From assembly GCA_026770705.1 (NCBI GenBank), contig JANJGN010000017.1:12338001-12402000 (forward strand): DNA of 64,000 nt, read 5' to 3'. Under the pieces are notes generated by a model. The model ran no database searches and was not told the DNA's origin. It saw nothing but the letters and a program-made list of their open reading frames with translations. Positions 61,029 through 64,000 of this stretch are shown one piece after another (the stretch's first letter is position 1; each line of letters begins with the position of its first letter). The position numbers and the translations under genes are program-made. This stretch comes from Isurus oxyrinchus (lineage: Eukaryota).

Positions 61029-64000
61029 TAGTCTTTGTGATCCATTTGATTTTGGCACCATTACAGTGGGTGAACCCCAATTACTGTGACTGCACTCTAT
61101 GTTGTCATTTTCAAACATAATTTCAATTTCTTTCCGCACTTGAGCCAATTTTACTGGATTTAACCTATATGGGTGTTGCCTTATTGAAACTGAATTCCCC
61201 ACATTAATATCATGCAAAGCCAAATTTGCTTCCCCTGATCTATTTCTGCAAATTGCTTTGTGTGACTGCAACAGCTCTTGTAAGTCACTTCAGCAGTTTT
61301 CTAGAAGGTAACAATGTCACATTTAGATTCTTAAGTACTTCCTCATTGTCCAATTTAATCTGAGGAAGGTCAATTTCAGAATCTTTAATTTCTGTTTCCT
61401 CCTCCTTACCTACCACCACCAGTATCTCCTTCTGTTTATCCTCTCACATTTTCTCCAGCCACAAAACCAAGAGCCTTTACCCTTTTATCTGCATTTGCCT
61501 TCATCACTTGCTGTGTATCGTTAAACGTTTCCTGGCCAGCTCGCATGCCCTACTCAATCTTTCTCTGAATTTCATCACATAATCTATGAGAGTAGTTTCA
61601 GAACTTTGACTCACTAATTTTTCTTGAATTGATTTGAGTGGTCCCCTTATTTGATTACCATAAATTATCTCGAAAGGACTGAACACTGTTGACTTATTAG
61701 GGGTGACCCTAATAGCAAACAGTAAGAATGGAATCCCTCAATCTCAATCATGTGGATAGTCTTGACTATATGCTCTAATCACAGTCTTTAAAATTTCTAA
61801 GGCACTTTGTGATTCAGGGTGATCAGTTGACAGCCTAAATTTCTTTATTGCTAGACTGCTCATTACTTCTTTAAACAGCTGTGACATGAAATTTGAATCC
61901 TGATCTGACTCTATTTCTTTCGGTAATCCATATCTTGTAAAGAATTTGGTCAAATCTTTTACAATCACCTTTGCTGTGATTTTCCTTGAAGGTATTGCTT
62001 CTGGAAATTTCATGGATACATCCCTGGTTGTCAGTAAATATTGATTTCCATTTTTAGCCTTAGGGAGGGGTCCTACACAATCAGTCAGGACCCTGTTAAA
62101 AGGTTCCTCAAATGCTGGAATTGAAATTAAAGGTGCAGCTTAAATTACTGCTATAGGTTTTCCTATCATTTGACATGTGTAGCATGTTTAACAGAATTTA
62201 ACTACTTCCTTATGTAGTCCAGGCCAATAGAAATGTTTTTGTATGTTATCTTGAGTTTTCCTGATTCCCAAATGTCCAGCCGTTGTAATTTCATGAGCCT
62301 CTCTCAAATTTCATTCTGGTACCCAGGTGGTATCACTACTCGGTGCACTATCGTCCACTTCTCATCTGTTGGGACATGATGTGGTCTCCATTTCATTATT
62401 AATACATTGTTTCCAAGGTAATAACATTCTTCAATATATTCTGCTTCAGTTTCAGAATAAGCTGTCTGGTATAACTACTTTAAGTCTGGATCCTGCTGCT
62501 GTAAATCCACTAACTTCAAGGAACTAAACACCTCAGCCTCACCCTCTCCAACCTTCTCCTTCTGAGTAATCTCTTCAAAGATAGATCCAGCCAACTGAGG
62601 TTCAATATCCTCCCCCTGTCTTTTAGATTATTTTTTTTCCTGCTTAAGTTCATGTGTCTATGACCTCATCACCATACAATCTGGAAGCATTCCAGTTTGC
62701 TCCTTCTATAAATCCTCTGTTGATTGCATCTCAACAGGTTCCTCTATTGCAGTAGGCGTAGTCATTATTTGCGATTTAGCTATATTATTTCCTAGAATAA
62801 AATGAACCCCGCCCATAGGCAATTTCTTCATAACTCAAATAATTACCCTCTCCTGCTTCCAAATCACTTTTTAAATTTAGTTTATATAACAAAAAAGGCT
62901 TGAACACCCCATGAATTCCACTAACACTTTCTCCTGCAATAACCCTTCTGGACAGCATATATCATATCAGACTATCCCATTACATTAAAGACTATCTCTT
63001 ACAGGAACACATGGGCATACTTTGCCCTCACATATAAAATCTTTAAACATCTATGTAACTTGCTCTTCAGAAGTTCCTTGGGTAAGTTGCGAATACATTC
63101 CCACCTCTCTGGCTAACACCGACTCTTTTTTTCACATTTACAAAGGCTACTGGCCTGTCTTGATTTTGGGCCTCAGAGACCACAGCACTTCTTCTGAGTT
63201 CCTATCACTGCAATCGGTTTCCCATTTAACCTCCAACAATTTAATCTTGTATGTCCAGCCTTGTTACAATGGTAACATACTGCCTTCACCTTTGCCTTCT
63301 ACGTTCCCATATTTAATAGACTGGTATCCTTCACTTGGCTCCTTGTTACTAACACTTTTACCATCGCTAGGTTTTCTATACCTCCAATTTCCTTACTGAG
63401 CCCTACACGATCCTTTTCCTAAGCCCAACTGTCTGTGTGAGCTATCATAAGTATCAGTTAAAACAGCAGCTTCCCTGATCTGTCTACTTCGTCTTTCATT
63501 TAAATATGTGTTGATAGTTACTGGAATACTATCTCTAGATTCTTCAATAATTATAATCTCTCTTACATTTTCAAAAGTCTTGTCTAACTTGCCCTAAACC
63601 ATTGATCCCAGACAGTTTCTTTCTCTCTTACAAATTCTACAAATGTCTGAATAGGTCTCTTTTTTTCGGTCCTCAACTTCAACTGATAAGCTTCAGGGAC
63701 AAGCTCAGAAGCATTTAGTATTGTCTTTTTAAACTAACTCACAGTCTGCAGATTACTCCTCTGATAAGCTAGCATACACATTCATTGCTGTAACTGACAA
63801 AACACTCTGTAAAATTATAGTCCGAGCATCTCTTGGCCAATTCAATCTCATAGCTAACCTTTCAAATGAGGTGAAATATCTTTCAAACCCATCCTCTGTA
63901 AATTTAGGCACTATCCAAAGATTTTTTTATTTAAATCAAATTCCTCAAAAGAATCAAAGTCACCAACCGAATCACTATCTCTCCTTTCTTCCTTTATTCT
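61029..64000 (-). mobile_element. Decayed Gmr1-like Ty3/Gypsy LTR retrotransposon internal region (gag, protease, integrase, start of RT); continues beyond the window
   Basis: gag PKFTEDGFERYFTSFERLA..NWP (about 63910); IN zinc finger HE...GHLGIRKT...FYWPGL...C..C (about 62295-62170); IN core FPEAIP..FTRYGLPKEIESDQDSNFMS; RT PYRLNP..WGSPTVMVPKSNGSQRL (61175-61030). Confidence 0.88.

Overview
Repeat-rich vertebrate genomic DNA. The HER1-type CR1 tails, DeuSINEs and Penelope-type repeats point to a cartilaginous fish (shark); this is inference. The one confident host gene is the 3' part of a spondin-2/mindin-like gene (+ strand), with three phase-compatible exons at 5335-5848, 10792-11208 and 15679-15812 and a polyA signal at 15880. 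It has an unusually long Spondin_N-TSR linker and a ~118-aa acidic, sequon-rich tail after the TSR. The rest is mostly transposable elements: CR1 and L2 fragments, Deu-domain SINEs, hAT and Harbinger-type MITEs, Penelope-type repeats with minimal hammerhead motifs, a Harbinger Myb/SANT gene with introns, and a decayed Gmr1-like Gypsy element (integrase before RT). The most striking observation is an abundant ~3.3-kb single-ORF (APE-RT) LINE family. Its 5' end is a tRNA-derived SINE head with A/B boxes, it shares both ends with a co-occurring ~320-bp SINE, and its sense strand is almost free of TTTT runs. This suggests a Pol III-transcribed, protein-coding LINE. Repeat boundaries were read by eye and are approximate.
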